Source of the DNA: an uncultured Spirochaetota bacterium
GTDB taxonomy: Bacteria; Spirochaetota; UBA4802; UBA5550
Reading direction: 5' to 3'
Length of the DNA stretch: 64,000 bases
NCBI GenBank assembly: GCA_963827275.1
Contig: CAWHAA010000007.1
Location: forward strand, 96,001-160,000
Shown: one piece after another, positions 49,881-60,262 of the stretch
How the letters are laid out: each line of letters starts with the position of its first letter
How positions within the stretch are numbered: position 1 is the stretch's first letter
Translations under genes and position numbers: made by a program
Notes under the pieces: generated by a model
The model's input: only the letters and a program-made list of their open reading frames with translations
Databases searched by the model: none
Told to the model about the DNA's origin: nothing

Positions 49881-51990
49881 ATGCTGAAGGAATACAAAGC
49901 TGAACAGATCCGGAATATCGCCATTATCGGCCACGGCGGCACCGGAAAATCAACCCTATTTGACGCAATGCTCCTGGCGGGAGGGAAGATAGACAAGATA
50001 GGGAATCCCAACCAGGGGACTCTCACCTCTGACTATGACGACGACGAAAAGAAGAAAATGATGTCCATACGGAGCGCGCTTGGCTTCGTGGAGATCGACG
50101 GCGTTAAGATAAACATCATCGATACGCCGGGAACGGCCGATTTCATCGGCGAGGCCCGCGCCGCCATACAGGTGGCGGAGGTGGTGATCCTGGTCGTCGA
50201 TTCGGTTGACGGCGTGCAGATCGAGACCGAGAAGGCATGGCGATATCTCACTGAACACAACGTCCCGCGGATCATTTTCGTAAACAAGATGGACAAGGAG
50301 CGGGCCAGTTATCAGAAGGTCATGGACAACCTGAAGACCGCCCTCAAGGCCAATATCGCCCCCCTCTCTGTCCCCAGCGGGGAAGGTGACAAGTTCAGCG
50401 GCGTCATTGACGTGTTACACATGAAACTGCAGACCTCCAAGCCCGGCGCCAAAGACGTGACGGTCGCGGATGTGCCGGCTGATATGAAGGCAAAGGCAGA
50501 AGATGGCCGAAACAAGCTGGTGGAGGTCGCTGCCGAGGCGGATGACGCACTTATAGAAAAATTTCTTGAGGGAGGCACGCTGACGGACGAGGAGGTCAGG
50601 CGCGGTATCCAGGTCCAGCTTGCCGCCGGGAAAGCTTCACCCGGTCACCTGCGGCTCATCCCTGTCGGCCATCGGCGTGAAAAATCTTCTTTACGTGATC
50701 AAGGAATTTGCGCCCGCGCCGCAAATGGGCAAGGAAATTGTCGGGCATGATCCTGACGACGCATCGAAAGAGATAAAGATACAGTCCGGCGACGGCCCGT
50801 TCGCGGGAGTTGTGTGGAAGACCTATATCGACCAGTACGCGGGGCGCTTCACCTACTTGAAAGTCATATCAGGGGCCCTGCTCCCCGACACGGAAGTCTT
50901 TAACACGCATAAAAAATACAAGGAGCGGACGTCCAAAGTCTATTCCATGATCGGGAGCAAGCAGGAAGAGGCGCCGAAAATCAATGCCGGCGACATCGGC
51001 GTGGTGGTCAAGCTCGACAAGACCTCAACCAGCGATACCCTCTGCGATCCGAAGAGGCCGGTGGTCATCAGCCTGATCCAGGTCCCCAACCCGGTCTTTT
51101 CTTACGCGATAGAGATGGTCAACAAGGCCGATGTGGACAAGGTGGGGCAGTTCTTCAACAGGGTCACGGAGGAAAATCCCACGCTGACCTACTCGCATAA
51201 TGCGGAGACCGCCGAATCGGTCCTCTCCGGCATGGGCGAAATTCAGCTCGGGATCGTCCTGAATGCCCTCAAGGAGAAGAACAAGATCGAGGTGCTCACC
51301 AGGGAGCCCCGCGTGCCGTACCGGGAGACCATCACAAAAAAGGCCGATTCAAACTACCGGCACAAAAAACAGTCGGGCGGGCACGGGCAGTTCGGCGAAG
51401 TCTATATCCGCCTGGCGCCGCGCCCCCGCGGCGCGGGGTTTGAGTTCAAGGAGACCATTTTCGGCGGTTCGATACCGAAGCAGTATATCCCCGGCGTCGA
51501 GAAAGGCCTCATCGAAGCGCTCGAGGAGGGCGTGCTTGGGAAGTTCCCCGTCGTGGACGTCGAGGTAGAGCTCTATGACGGCAAGTACCATGATGTTGAC
51601 TCGTCAGAGCTTTCCTTCAAGATCGCATCGCGCACGGCGTTCAAGCTGGGTATGGAAAAGGCGGGCCCGCAGCTGCTTGAGCCGGTCATGACGGTGAGCA
51701 TTTTCGTCGACAAGGAGTTCATGGGCGATATCCTGAGCGATGTCACGAGCCGCCGCGGCAAGGTCCTCGGCATGGAAGGCGGCGACGACACCTCCGGCGG
51801 GGTATCGGTCATCAAGGCGCAGATACCGCTTGCCGAAATGCTCCGCTACAGCATCGACCTGCGCGGGATGACGAGCGGCAAGGCGACGTTCGAAATGAAA
51901 TTTTCCCACTATGATCCGATATCGGGCAGGGAGGCTGACAACGTGCTGGCCGCCCGCAAGAAATTGCTTGAAGAAGAGGCCGCAAAGTAG
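49881..51990 (+). CDS. fusA: elongation factor G paralogue (EF-G2-like), +1 frameshift near 50632
   Basis: GHGGTGKST, DTPG, NKMD, KKQSGGHGQFG, YHDVDSSE; not in the str operon. Confidence 0.9.
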
Positions 51991-52258
51991 GGCCGTTCAG
52001 GCTGTCGGATGTCCCCCGCAGTTCGCGTCGGGGCTTGATACGCGCGGCCGAGTGGCCGCGCGTTCCTGTGTATAAGGCCCGTTCCAGGGGCGCCTCCGGA
52101 ACAATGTAACTATTTCAGGCGGTCAGGGTCAGCTATATATGAGGAAGGCGCGGTACATGCCGCACGGCCATGAGCTGAATAAATGTGGACGTTTTTAAAT
52201 AATATAGTACATTAATACATACGATCAATGCATCAACCTCGCGGGGGAACAACCGGCA

Positions 52259-53164
52259 ATGAACCGGCAGGCTGACATACAGATTTCACTGACGCTTATC
52301 ATTTCGTTTTTTATACACCTGGTACTCCTGGCGGGCTTTGTCGCGCCCCGGCTCGACGATCTGTGGGGTAACGCGAAGATGTTGAAGGAAATGTTCGGCG
52401 ACAGCGCCGCTTCGCGGGACATTATTGTGAATATCAACCAGGATGACCGGCGCGTGGTCACCCCGGAGACCCTGCTGTCGGACCGTGACTCGGCCGCGAA
52501 GGGATACATCACGAAAAAAGCGGGAAACCGGTGGCTCAATAATTCGCTTGATTTCAGGGCCCTGAAAGGAAGCAGGGCGCAGCAGGGCAGGGGGGATACG
52601 GCGGCGTCGTCGGGCGCGGGCAGGGACCGCGTCATGCAGTCGGACGATTCCGAGATGACCGCCGTGATAGAGCGGAACGACGCGGCGGGCGGGCAGGCGG
52701 GAAACTACGGCATTTTTGACGAGACGCTTATCCCGGACAAGAATGACGTCACCAGGGAAAACGCGCTCTTTTATTCGAGCGACGGCCGGTTCAGCTTCAA
52801 CACCGCAAAGTTCAAGGACTTCAAATATTTCCTGGACATGAAAAGCAAGATCGCGTCGAACTGGTACCCGCCCCTCATGGCGAACGCGGTCATGCACGGC
52901 TACAACCCGCTCTCGGGCGCGTACACGCCCGGCAGCACCCGCATCATGGCGATCCCGAGCCAGGAAGTGAAGACGGTGTTCGTCCTCGACAGGAAGGGCG
53001 ACATCATCCATATCCAGATCCTCGACTCGCTTGGCCAGAAGCCCCTCAACGCCTCGTGCTATGACGCCATCAGGCTTTCCAAAAGCTTCGGGCCGGTGCC
53101 CAAGGACCTCCTGAAGGGGGATGTTCTGGTCATCCCCTTTATCTTCGGGTACTATGTATACTGA
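52259..53164 (+). CDS. TonB C-terminal domain-like membrane-anchored protein
   Basis: N-terminal TM with SxxxH; KIASNWYPP...FVLDRKG..DSLG...FGPVP. Confidence 0.7.
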   Translation: MNRQADIQISLTLIISFFIHLVLLAGFVAPRLDDLWGNAKMLKEMFGDSAASRDIIVNINQDDRRVVTPETLLSDRDSAAKGYITKKAGNRWLNNSLDFRALKGSRAQQGRGDTAASSGAGRDRVMQSDDSEMTAVIERNDAAGGQAGNYGIFDETLIPDKNDVTRENALFYSSDGRFSFNTAKFKDFKYFLDMKSKIASNWYPPLMANAVMHGYNPLSGAYTPGSTRIMAIPSQEVKTVFVLDRKGDIIHIQILDSLGQKPLNASCYDAIRLSKSFGPVPKDLLKGDVLVIPFIFGYYVY

Positions 53165-53196
53165 TGTGCGCGGTTACGTACCCGCGCATGGCAAGA

Positions 53197-55488
53197 TCAT
53201 TCTCTTTCAATTAAATCCTTCAGCGTCACATCCCCGACCGCCTTCCTCCTGCTCTCTGCTATCTGCTTGAACAGCCTGCCGAGAAAAACTCTGAACGGGG
53301 ATTTCCCCGGCGCCACCGGTATCTCAAGGCTGATGTGCATGATCGTGTCAATGACCCGGTTCAGCTGCACGTTGGCCGGGCTGTTGGCCGGGAGGTAGTC
53401 CTGGTTTTCGTCCTGCGTGATGATATTTGCTTCGAGGAAGAGCCGGCAATATTGATCGATCTCATCCGATTTTCCGGCCGCGGTTTTTTGCAGTTCCCGG
53501 AGCGACGATGCGCCGTTGCCGCGCTCGAATTTCCGGTAGATCTGTACCAGTACGGCGATACCGTAATAGACATGGTATCCGGTCCTGTCCTCCGGCGGCT
53601 TCTTCAGGCTCCGGTAGGAGTGCGGGTGCATCAGCGTGTAGGACAGCTCCGCGCCGAACAGGGTGATCATCGACGATGCGTGCACCATGAGGAGGAAGAG
53701 GGGTATCGCGGCAAGGGCCCCGTACACGGCGAAGGTCCCCTGCGCGAACCCCTTGACATACACGATGAAGATGAGGATAAAGATGACCCATACCGCCGCG
53801 GTGAAGGCGGCCCCGATCGCGGCGGGCCTGAAGGGCACCCTGGTATTGGGAAGGGTGATGTATGCCAGCAGAAAGAGGAGCCAGATGAATCCGAACGGCG
53901 CCAGGAAATTGATTGCCGTGTAGCCGAGCTTCCTCCCCTGCTTGACCGTGTCCCAGGTCGCTCCCCTGTCAGCGGAGGCCATGACGGTGCCCGACCCGCC
54001 GATGGCCCACAGCCGGTTGTTCCGGTAGATGAGGGAATTCACTCCCAGGGCGGGCAGCTTCCGGCTCTCCCAGCTTTCACCGCCGTTCCCGGTGCGAATG
54101 ACGGTCCCGTCATCCCCGCCCACGATCCCTTCCTCCGGGTTGAAGAACCACGCGGCATGATACGAGTGCTCCCTGAATTTTTTCGCGCTCCATCGTTCCC
54201 CGCCGTCGCCGGAATAGAGGAGCAGGCCATCGCTCCCCATGAGCCATAACCGGCTCTCGTCGATGAAGAAAGCGCCGTTGATGTTGACCATGCGTCCGCG
54301 CCGACTGGCCTCCGCCACCACCGCTGGGGTCCAGGTCGCCCCGCCGTCGGACGTCCTGAGGATGGCGCCCCTGCTGCCGGTGATGATCCCGGTGTTGCGG
54401 TAAAACGCGATGGAGTAGAAGTTGGGGCTTCCCTCCCATTCCCGCGCCTCCCAGGTCGCGCCCCCGTCAGCGGTCGTCATGACGATGCCGCCCTCCGCCG
54501 CGATGAATCCCCTTGTTTCGCTCAGCATGCGGATCGCGTTGAAGTTGATGGACCCGAATTTGCGTATCCGCCACGAGAGGCCGCCGTCGGCGGAAATCAG
54601 GAGCATGCCGTCGGTGCCGGCAATCCACCCCTTCCTGCCGATGAACTGCACGCTCCGGTATTTGATCTTCTTCATTTCAATGGGGTCAAGGCGGAGGTCC
54701 AGCTCGGTGAACGCGGCCGTGCCGGAGTCATAGGAGTAGATCCTCTGATTGTTGTAATCGATTTTGCCGCTGTCGCCGTTCACCGCGGTGAAGCGGACGG
54801 CGCCGGTCTCCGACTCGAGGATCGTCGACTTGTCCCCGACAACCCACAGGCGGCCTTCCGATGTGACGGCGCCCGCATTGTAATTGGCCGATGACAGCGC
54901 GGAGGAGATCTGGGCCGCTGCGGTCATCCCGGCGGCAAGCATGATGGGGCCGAGCGTCAGCGCGGCCCAGTAATAGATTATTTTCAGGAAGATGGAGCGC
55001 CCCTGCCTGACCTTCCATATGTCGTTCATCGACTTTTCCATGGTGCGGAGCATCGCCGTCGCGGAAAAGACCATCACGGCCGCGCTGATCCCGCCGATCT
55101 TGCCGGCGTTTTCAATGAGCCCCAGGACGGCGTCGAATATCGGGTCGATGTTGATCTTGATGTTGTGCTCGGTCATGAAGAGGAGGATGCGGTCAAAGAG
55201 CTCCTTCTTGTTCTGCCCCACCCCGTAATAGAGCGAATACATGGAAAGGGCTACCGTCAGGGCGGGGACCAGCGACAGTATGAGTGTATATGTTATTGAT
55301 GCCGCCTTGGTCGGGCAGTCATCCCTGAAGAATTTCCGCGCGGAAACAACAAGCACTTTTGCGGCCTGTACGATGCGGTCCAGGGCCCCGGGGAGCACGC
55401 CGCTGCCGCGGTATATGGTCATGACAAATTCGCGGGCCTTTTCAATGAATCGTGCCGTTTTTTTCTGTATCTGTTTTTTCCCTGCCAT
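53197..55488 (-). CDS. YihY/BrkB family inner-membrane protein with an inserted Ycf48/BNR beta-propeller
   Basis: AASITYTLILSLVP, YWAALTLGP, VYGALAAIP flanking repeated SxDGGxTW (Asp-box) motifs. Confidence 0.85.
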   Translation of the reverse strand: MAGKKQIQKKTARFIEKAREFVMTIYRGSGVLPGALDRIVQAAKVLVVSARKFFRDDCPTKAASITYTLILSLVPALTVALSMYSLYYGVGQNKKELFDRILLFMTEHNIKINIDPIFDAVLGLIENAGKIGGISAAVMVFSATAMLRTMEKSMNDIWKVRQGRSIFLKIIYYWAALTLGPIMLAAGMTAAAQISSALSSANYNAGAVTSEGRLWVVGDKSTILESETGAVRFTAVNGDSGKIDYNNQRIYSYDSGTAAFTELDLRLDPIEMKKIKYRSVQFIGRKGWIAGTDGMLLISADGGLSWRIRKFGSINFNAIRMLSETRGFIAAEGGIVMTTADGGATWEAREWEGSPNFYSIAFYRNTGIITGSRGAILRTSDGGATWTPAVVAEASRRGRMVNINGAFFIDESRLWLMGSDGLLLYSGDGGERWSAKKFREHSYHAAWFFNPEEGIVGGDDGTVIRTGNGGESWESRKLPALGVNSLIYRNNRLWAIGGSGTVMASADRGATWDTVKQGRKLGYTAINFLAPFGFIWLLFLLAYITLPNTRVPFRPAAIGAAFTAAVWVIFILIFIVYVKGFAQGTFAVYGALAAIPLFLLMVHASSMITLFGAELSYTLMHPHSYRSLKKPPEDRTGYHVYYGIAVLVQIYRKFERGNGASSLRELQKTAAGKSDEIDQYCRLFLEANIITQDENQDYLPANSPANVQLNRVIDTIMHISLEIPVAPGKSPFRVFLGRLFKQIAESRRKAVGDVTLKDLIERE

Positions 55489-55656
55489 GGCGCAGCTCCT
55501 TGGGTGATATGCCGGAAACGGGTGTTAAATGTAACAACGGGGTTCCGCGGCCGGTCAACAATATTTTATACGACCGCGGGCGCCCCGTGCCGCGGTCGAT
55601 TCATGAAAAAACGGCGAATTAATCAGGATGGTGCGATTACAGATGGGCATTTTTAA

Positions 55657-55685
55657 TTGACAAAAAAGATATGCTTCTCTAAGGT
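55657..55685 (+). promoter_or_regulatory. putative sigma-70 promoter for rpsU
   Basis: TTGACA-N17-TAAGGT. Confidence 0.55.
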
Positions 55686-55737
55686 GCCAGTCACTGCGTG
55701 CAAAGTAATCAATTTATACAAAAAGGATGTGATCTGG

Positions 55738-56013
55738 ATGACGAGCCCTTTAGAAGTCGATGTGAACGGCGATATCGAAAAAGCCTTTAAAAACCTGAAA
55801 AAAAAGATGGCGTTCGAAGGCATTTTCAAGGAGCTGAAACGGCGCCGCTACTATGAAAAGCCGAGCGAAGAAAAGAAGCGGAAAAAAGAAGAAGCCGAGC
55901 GCCGCAGGCTGAAAAAGATTCGCCGCATGAACGTATCGTCGGGCAGGGTCAAGCGGACCCCGATGCGGGGCGGAAGAGAATCCTCCCGTGACGAAAGCGG
56001 ACCCGAAGCGTAA
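55738..56013 (+). CDS. rpsU: 30S ribosomal protein bS21 with C-terminal extension
   Basis: IEKAFKNLKKK..EGIFKELKRRRYYEKPSE. Confidence 0.93.
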   Translation: MTSPLEVDVNGDIEKAFKNLKKKMAFEGIFKELKRRRYYEKPSEEKKRKKEEAERRRLKKIRRMNVSSGRVKRTPMRGGRESSRDESGPEA

Positions 56014-56027
56014 GAGAACTATATAGA

Positions 56028-56073
56028 ACACAGACATAAAAATCCGGCATTGCCGGATTTTTTATGTCTGTGT
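56028..56073. terminator. long hairpin, probable intrinsic terminator after rpsU
   Basis: ACACAGACATAAAAATCCGGCA-T-TGCCGGATTTTTTATGTCTGTGT. Confidence 0.8.
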
Positions 56074-56102
56074 GAATGAGACGTCCACGCTCGTGGCAAT
56101 AT

Positions 56103-57386
56103 ATGGAAACAAAGGACACCTTTAGCCCCCTCGCAGACCGGTGCCGGCCCCGGACCATTGAAGAGTTCGTGGGGCAGGAGCACCTCCTGTCCGAGCACAA
56201 GATCCTGAAGACGATCATCGACAAGGGCGCCGCCTTCTCCCTCATCCTCTGGGGCGAGCCCGGCTCCGGAAAGACCACGCTCGCGCGCCTCATCGCGTCA
56301 TACTGCCGCATGGACCCCTATTTCCTGAGCGCCATATCGGCGGGCGTGGCTGACGTGCGCAAGGTCATAGAGAAAGGAAGGCAGAACCGGGAACAGGGGG
56401 CCCAGACCCTCCTCTTCCTCGACGAGATACACCGCTTCAACAAGGCCCAGCAGGATTCAGTGCTCGGCTCGGTCGAGTCGGGGGACATCATCCTGATCGG
56501 CGCCACCACGGAGAACCCGTCGTTTAACGTCATATCGCCGCTCCTGTCGCGCACCCGGGTGCTGAAGCTCTCGCGGCTTTCGGAGAAGAACCTCCTCGAT
56601 ATCCTCGACCAGGCGCTGCGCAGGGACGAGACCCTGAAAGAGGGGCAGGCCCGCTTCGAGGACGATGCAACGAAGGAAAAGCTGGTCGCCATCTCCAACG
56701 GCGATGCGCGGCGCATGCTGAACATGCTGGAGACCGCGTTCGCCCTGTCGCAGGACGGCCTCATCACCGCGGCGCACCTCGAGGAGGCGGTGCGCAACAG
56801 CATGCTCTATTACGACAGGGCCGGCGACAGGCACTACGACACCATCTCCGCCTTCATCAAGTCGCTCAGGGGGTCCGACCCGGACGCGGCGGTCTATTAC
56901 CTGGCGCGGATGATCCTCTCCGGCGAGGACCCGGTCTTCATCGCCAGAAGGATGGTGATCTTCGCCTCGGAGGACATCGGGAACGCGGCGCCCACCGCCC
57001 TCGCCATGGCGGTTTCCGCCATGACCGCGACGCAGAACATCGGCCTGCCGGAGGCGCGCATCGTCCTTTCCCAGTGCGCTACGTTCCTCGCCTCCGCGCC
57101 GAAGAGCAATGCCTCGTACCGTGCCATCGAGGCCGCCATGTCCGCGGCGAAGGACTCGAACTACGAGATCCCGCTCCATCTCAGAAATGCGCCGACCGAC
57201 CTGATGAAAAAGCTCGGCTATCATAAGGGCTATAAATACCCGCACGATTACGACCGCCACTTCGTAAAGGAACAGTATCTTCCCGATGATATCAGGGGCG
57301 AGGTGTTTTACGACCCGACGGAAGAGGCCAGCGAAAAGGCATTGCGGGACCGGCTGAAATCTTTGTGGCCGGAGCGGTATAAATAA
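56103..57386 (+). CDS. rarA: replication-associated recombination protein A
   Basis: PLADRCRP, GEPGSGKTT, DEIHRFNKAQQD, SAFIKSLRGSDPDA. Confidence 0.96.
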   Translation: METKDTFSPLADRCRPRTIEEFVGQEHLLSEHKILKTIIDKGAAFSLILWGEPGSGKTTLARLIASYCRMDPYFLSAISAGVADVRKVIEKGRQNREQGAQTLLFLDEIHRFNKAQQDSVLGSVESGDIILIGATTENPSFNVISPLLSRTRVLKLSRLSEKNLLDILDQALRRDETLKEGQARFEDDATKEKLVAISNGDARRMLNMLETAFALSQDGLITAAHLEEAVRNSMLYYDRAGDRHYDTISAFIKSLRGSDPDAAVYYLARMILSGEDPVFIARRMVIFASEDIGNAAPTALAMAVSAMTATQNIGLPEARIVLSQCATFLASAPKSNASYRAIEAAMSAAKDSNYEIPLHLRNAPTDLMKKLGYHKGYKYPHDYDRHFVKEQYLPDDIRGEVFYDPTEEASEKALRDRLKSLWPERYK

Positions 57387-57387
57387 C

Positions 57388-58077
57388 ATGGACATTCAAT
57401 CCTCACTCGCGCCGACCTGTTTCATCGACAGCGACCGCCCGGCGGTCATCGACCGGGCGCGTTCAGTAATCGGCCGGGATGACAGTGATGCCGATAAGGC
57501 GGTGAAGCTCTTTTATGCGGTGCGGGACGGGATTCCCTACAACCCCTACCGCATGTCGTACCGCCGGGAAGACTACCGGGCGGGCTTCGTCCTGGAGCAG
57601 GGCGACGGCTTCTGCGTCCAGAAGGCGGTGCTGCTTGCCGCGCTGTCGCGGGCGGCCGGCGTCCCCTGCCGCCTCCGGTTCGCCGACGTGCGGAACCACC
57701 TGGTGACCAGCCGGCTCAGGGAGCTGATGAAGACCGACGTGTTCGCGTTCCACGGTTACAATGAGTTTTATCTCGGCGGCAGGTGGGTCAAGGCCACGTC
57801 CGCCTTCAACCGGTCCCTGTGCGAGAAGTTCGGCATTTGCGCCCTTGACTTCAACGGCCGCGATGATTCGGTGCTCCACCCGTTCGACAGGCAGGGGAAC
57901 AGGCACATGGAGTACCTGCGCGATTACGGCCCGTTCAACGACCTGCCATTTGAAATAATGATAGATGCATATGCCCGGCATTATCCTCACCTGGCCGGGA
58001 TTATTGAAAAGGCCGCGGCAGGCATGGCGCGGCCGGATGAATTCGAGCGGGAAGCGGGGGAAAAAAATGCCGGCTGA
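57388..58077 (+). CDS. transglutaminase-like cysteine protease family protein
   Basis: GFCVQKA, FHGYNE, GRWVKAT. Confidence 0.88.
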   Translation: MDIQSSLAPTCFIDSDRPAVIDRARSVIGRDDSDADKAVKLFYAVRDGIPYNPYRMSYRREDYRAGFVLEQGDGFCVQKAVLLAALSRAAGVPCRLRFADVRNHLVTSRLRELMKTDVFAFHGYNEFYLGGRWVKATSAFNRSLCEKFGICALDFNGRDDSVLHPFDRQGNRHMEYLRDYGPFNDLPFEIMIDAYARHYPHLAGIIEKAAAGMARPDEFEREAGEKNAG

Positions 58078-58100
58078 GCGCCGGTGCACGGGGGGGCGAT

Positions 58101-58676
58101 ATGGGAATCAGCAACGCCATGAATGAACTGATTGACTTTATACTGAACCGCGCCACCAGGTACGAGCTCGAGCTCGTGGGCGAGGCCCTGCGCAAGCGGA
58201 TGGAGCGGGAGTCCACCCTGGGGCTCGGGCAGGTGGATGTCCGGCACAGGGCGCGGAGCATGGCGGAGGGCATCGAGAAGCAGATGGGCGTGGACGGCAA
58301 GGGCATCCACGAGATGTCGAAGCGCCTGGTTGCCGACATGATCCGGAAAGAAAAGCCGGGGATCAGCGAGGCCGAGATACGTACGCTGGTGGACCATTTC
58401 GTCCCGGGTCCGGGCCAGGGCGCGGGCACGAAGAATGCGCCGCCTGCGGCGATACCCCGCGACATGCTCCTCGCGATGATATCGCAGTTTGTCAAGTACG
58501 GCACCGGCGGGATGAGCGAGCAGGAGAAGAGGGATTTCCCGGACGGCTGGTACGAGAAATATTGGAACGCGTTTCCTCCCGACATTCAGAACCTTGTGCG
58601 GGAATATATCAGCGGGCGCATCGGCAAGGACCGCTTCTGGAAGGGAATCGGTGAATCGCCGGCAATGAAGAAATAG
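58101..58676 (+). CDS. hypothetical protein
   Basis: ORF with protein-like composition in the same run of genes; no recognised motif. Confidence 0.65.
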   Translation: MGISNAMNELIDFILNRATRYELELVGEALRKRMERESTLGLGQVDVRHRARSMAEGIEKQMGVDGKGIHEMSKRLVADMIRKEKPGISEAEIRTLVDHFVPGPGQGAGTKNAPPAAIPRDMLLAMISQFVKYGTGGMSEQEKRDFPDGWYEKYWNAFPPDIQNLVREYISGRIGKDRFWKGIGESPAMKK

Positions 58677-58702
58677 TCCTTGCGCCGGGGGAAGTTTTTG
58701 AT

Positions 58703-58834
58703 TTCCCTGTCCCCCTGCGGGGGCACGAAGAAAATTGTTGTTTTTTTATTAATAGATTGTGTAAAAAACATCACATTGCAGATTGTATTGGAGCACGCAT
58801 TATGATGCGCGCCCCCTCCGTGGGTCGGGGGGAT
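58703..58834. repeat. inverted REP-like doublet 3 (upstream of pyrE)
   Basis: TTCCCTGTCCCCCTGCGGGGGCAC at 58703-58726; degenerate inverted copy at 58809-58834. Confidence 0.7.
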
Positions 58835-58870
58835 AGTAAGGATTAACAATACGTTTACCGAGGTCATGCC

Positions 58871-59449
58871 ATGAGTTCCAATCGCGACAGGCTGTTTGAC
58901 ATTCTATACACCAAGTCGTTCATATACCGGGAAGACCCGCCCTTCACGCTCGTGTCCGGGCGCCAGAGCTTTTACTACTTCGACTGCAAGGGCGCAACGC
59001 TTGACGCCGAGGGAGTGTCCCTCACCGGCGAGGTCATGCTGGATGCGCTCCTGCCGTTCATCGGCCCTGAGAAAATTGACGGGATCGGCGGCCTCACGCT
59101 CGGGGCGGACCCCATATCGATCTCCACCGCCATCGCGGCGCACCGGAGGGGGATCGCCCTGAGCCCCCTCATCGTTCGCAAGGAGCCGAAGAAGCACGGG
59201 ACGCAGAAGTGGATCGAGGGCGACGCGGGCAGGGTGAAAAAGGTCGTGGTCATAGACGACGTCATCACCACCGGCGGCTCCACCATTACTGCGATCGAGC
59301 GCCTGAGGGAATCGGGGCTTGTCGTGGTGAAGGCCGCGGTGGTCGTCGACCGGGAAGAGGGCGGCCGTGAAAACATCGAAAAGACGGGCATCGAGGTCAT
59401 CCCGCTCTTTACAAGGTCTGAATTCGACGCGCGGCGGCTCGGACGGTAG
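58871..59449 (+). CDS. pyrE: orotate phosphoribosyltransferase
   Basis: FTLVSG.S.YYFD, RKEPKKHG, VIDDVITTGGS. Confidence 0.96.
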   Translation: MSSNRDRLFDILYTKSFIYREDPPFTLVSGRQSFYYFDCKGATLDAEGVSLTGEVMLDALLPFIGPEKIDGIGGLTLGADPISISTAIAAHRRGIALSPLIVRKEPKKHGTQKWIEGDAGRVKKVVVIDDVITTGGSTITAIERLRESGLVVVKAAVVVDREEGGRENIEKTGIEVIPLFTRSEFDARRLGR

Positions 59450-59487
59450 GGTGCGCGGCCGCGTGGCCGCGCTGGTGCAATCCGATA

Positions 59488-60045
59488 TTATTTATTTTTG
59501 TCGATGTATGTTATCGCGCAGTCGGCCTGGATGGTGATGGTGAAATCGACCGGGTCGCCGGAGAAGGTCGTGTACCGTATCCGGTAGGTCGAGGCCGCGT
59601 CAAGTTTTTTGAAGTGATCTGACTTGCTGGAGGTAAGGGTCAGCTCTTTCTCGCGGTTCCAGTCAGCGTCATAGTTCCTCCCTATTTCCGCGTACATCTG
59701 CTTCCGCGGGCTGTTCGCAAAGCGCGACATGTCGATCAGCTTTTCAACGATAAAGTAGGTCTTTTTCGTTTTTTTCGCGCCGGTTATATCGGCGACGTAC
59801 TCGGCGGTGATCCCGACGGTAATCGCCTCGGCGTCTTTTTCGAGCTTGAAGTGCTGCGCGAACGCGGCGTACCGGTCGATCGGGTCATCGGCGCTCATGG
59901 CTTCGCCGGAGGGATACGACTTTTCCGACTTGTTTTTATATTCGCGCCTCGTGTGTGCGGTCGCGCAGCCAACCGTGACCGCGGCGGCCAGCAGGGCGCA
60001 GATGATCGGTGTGAAGTGTGGCGTTTTGAGCTGGTTGCGGAGCAT
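59488..60045 (-). CDS. hypothetical lipoprotein
   Basis: Lipobox-like VTVGC after a hydrophobic stretch. Confidence 0.65.
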   Translation of the reverse strand: MLRNQLKTPHFTPIICALLAAAVTVGCATAHTRREYKNKSEKSYPSGEAMSADDPIDRYAAFAQHFKLEKDAEAITVGITAEYVADITGAKKTKKTYFIVEKLIDMSRFANSPRKQMYAEIGRNYDADWNREKELTLTSSKSDHFKKLDAASTYRIRYTTFSGDPVDFTITIQADCAITYIDKNK

Positions 60046-60262
60046 GGCTCTTGTATGGTGCAGATTGCGGCCCGGTCAAGGAGTTTTTTAAGAATGCCGG
60101 CGGCATTTTTTTTGTTTGACGTAAAAATTTTCTTGCATTATGTCGTCAAAAATACCTTTAAGTATAGGCGCGGATACACGTCCGCGCCTGTACATTAATC
60201 CCCCGTGCATACCGGGGGAGCGGCCGCATGCGATGTTATCATAGAAATACCTGGTAGAATAT

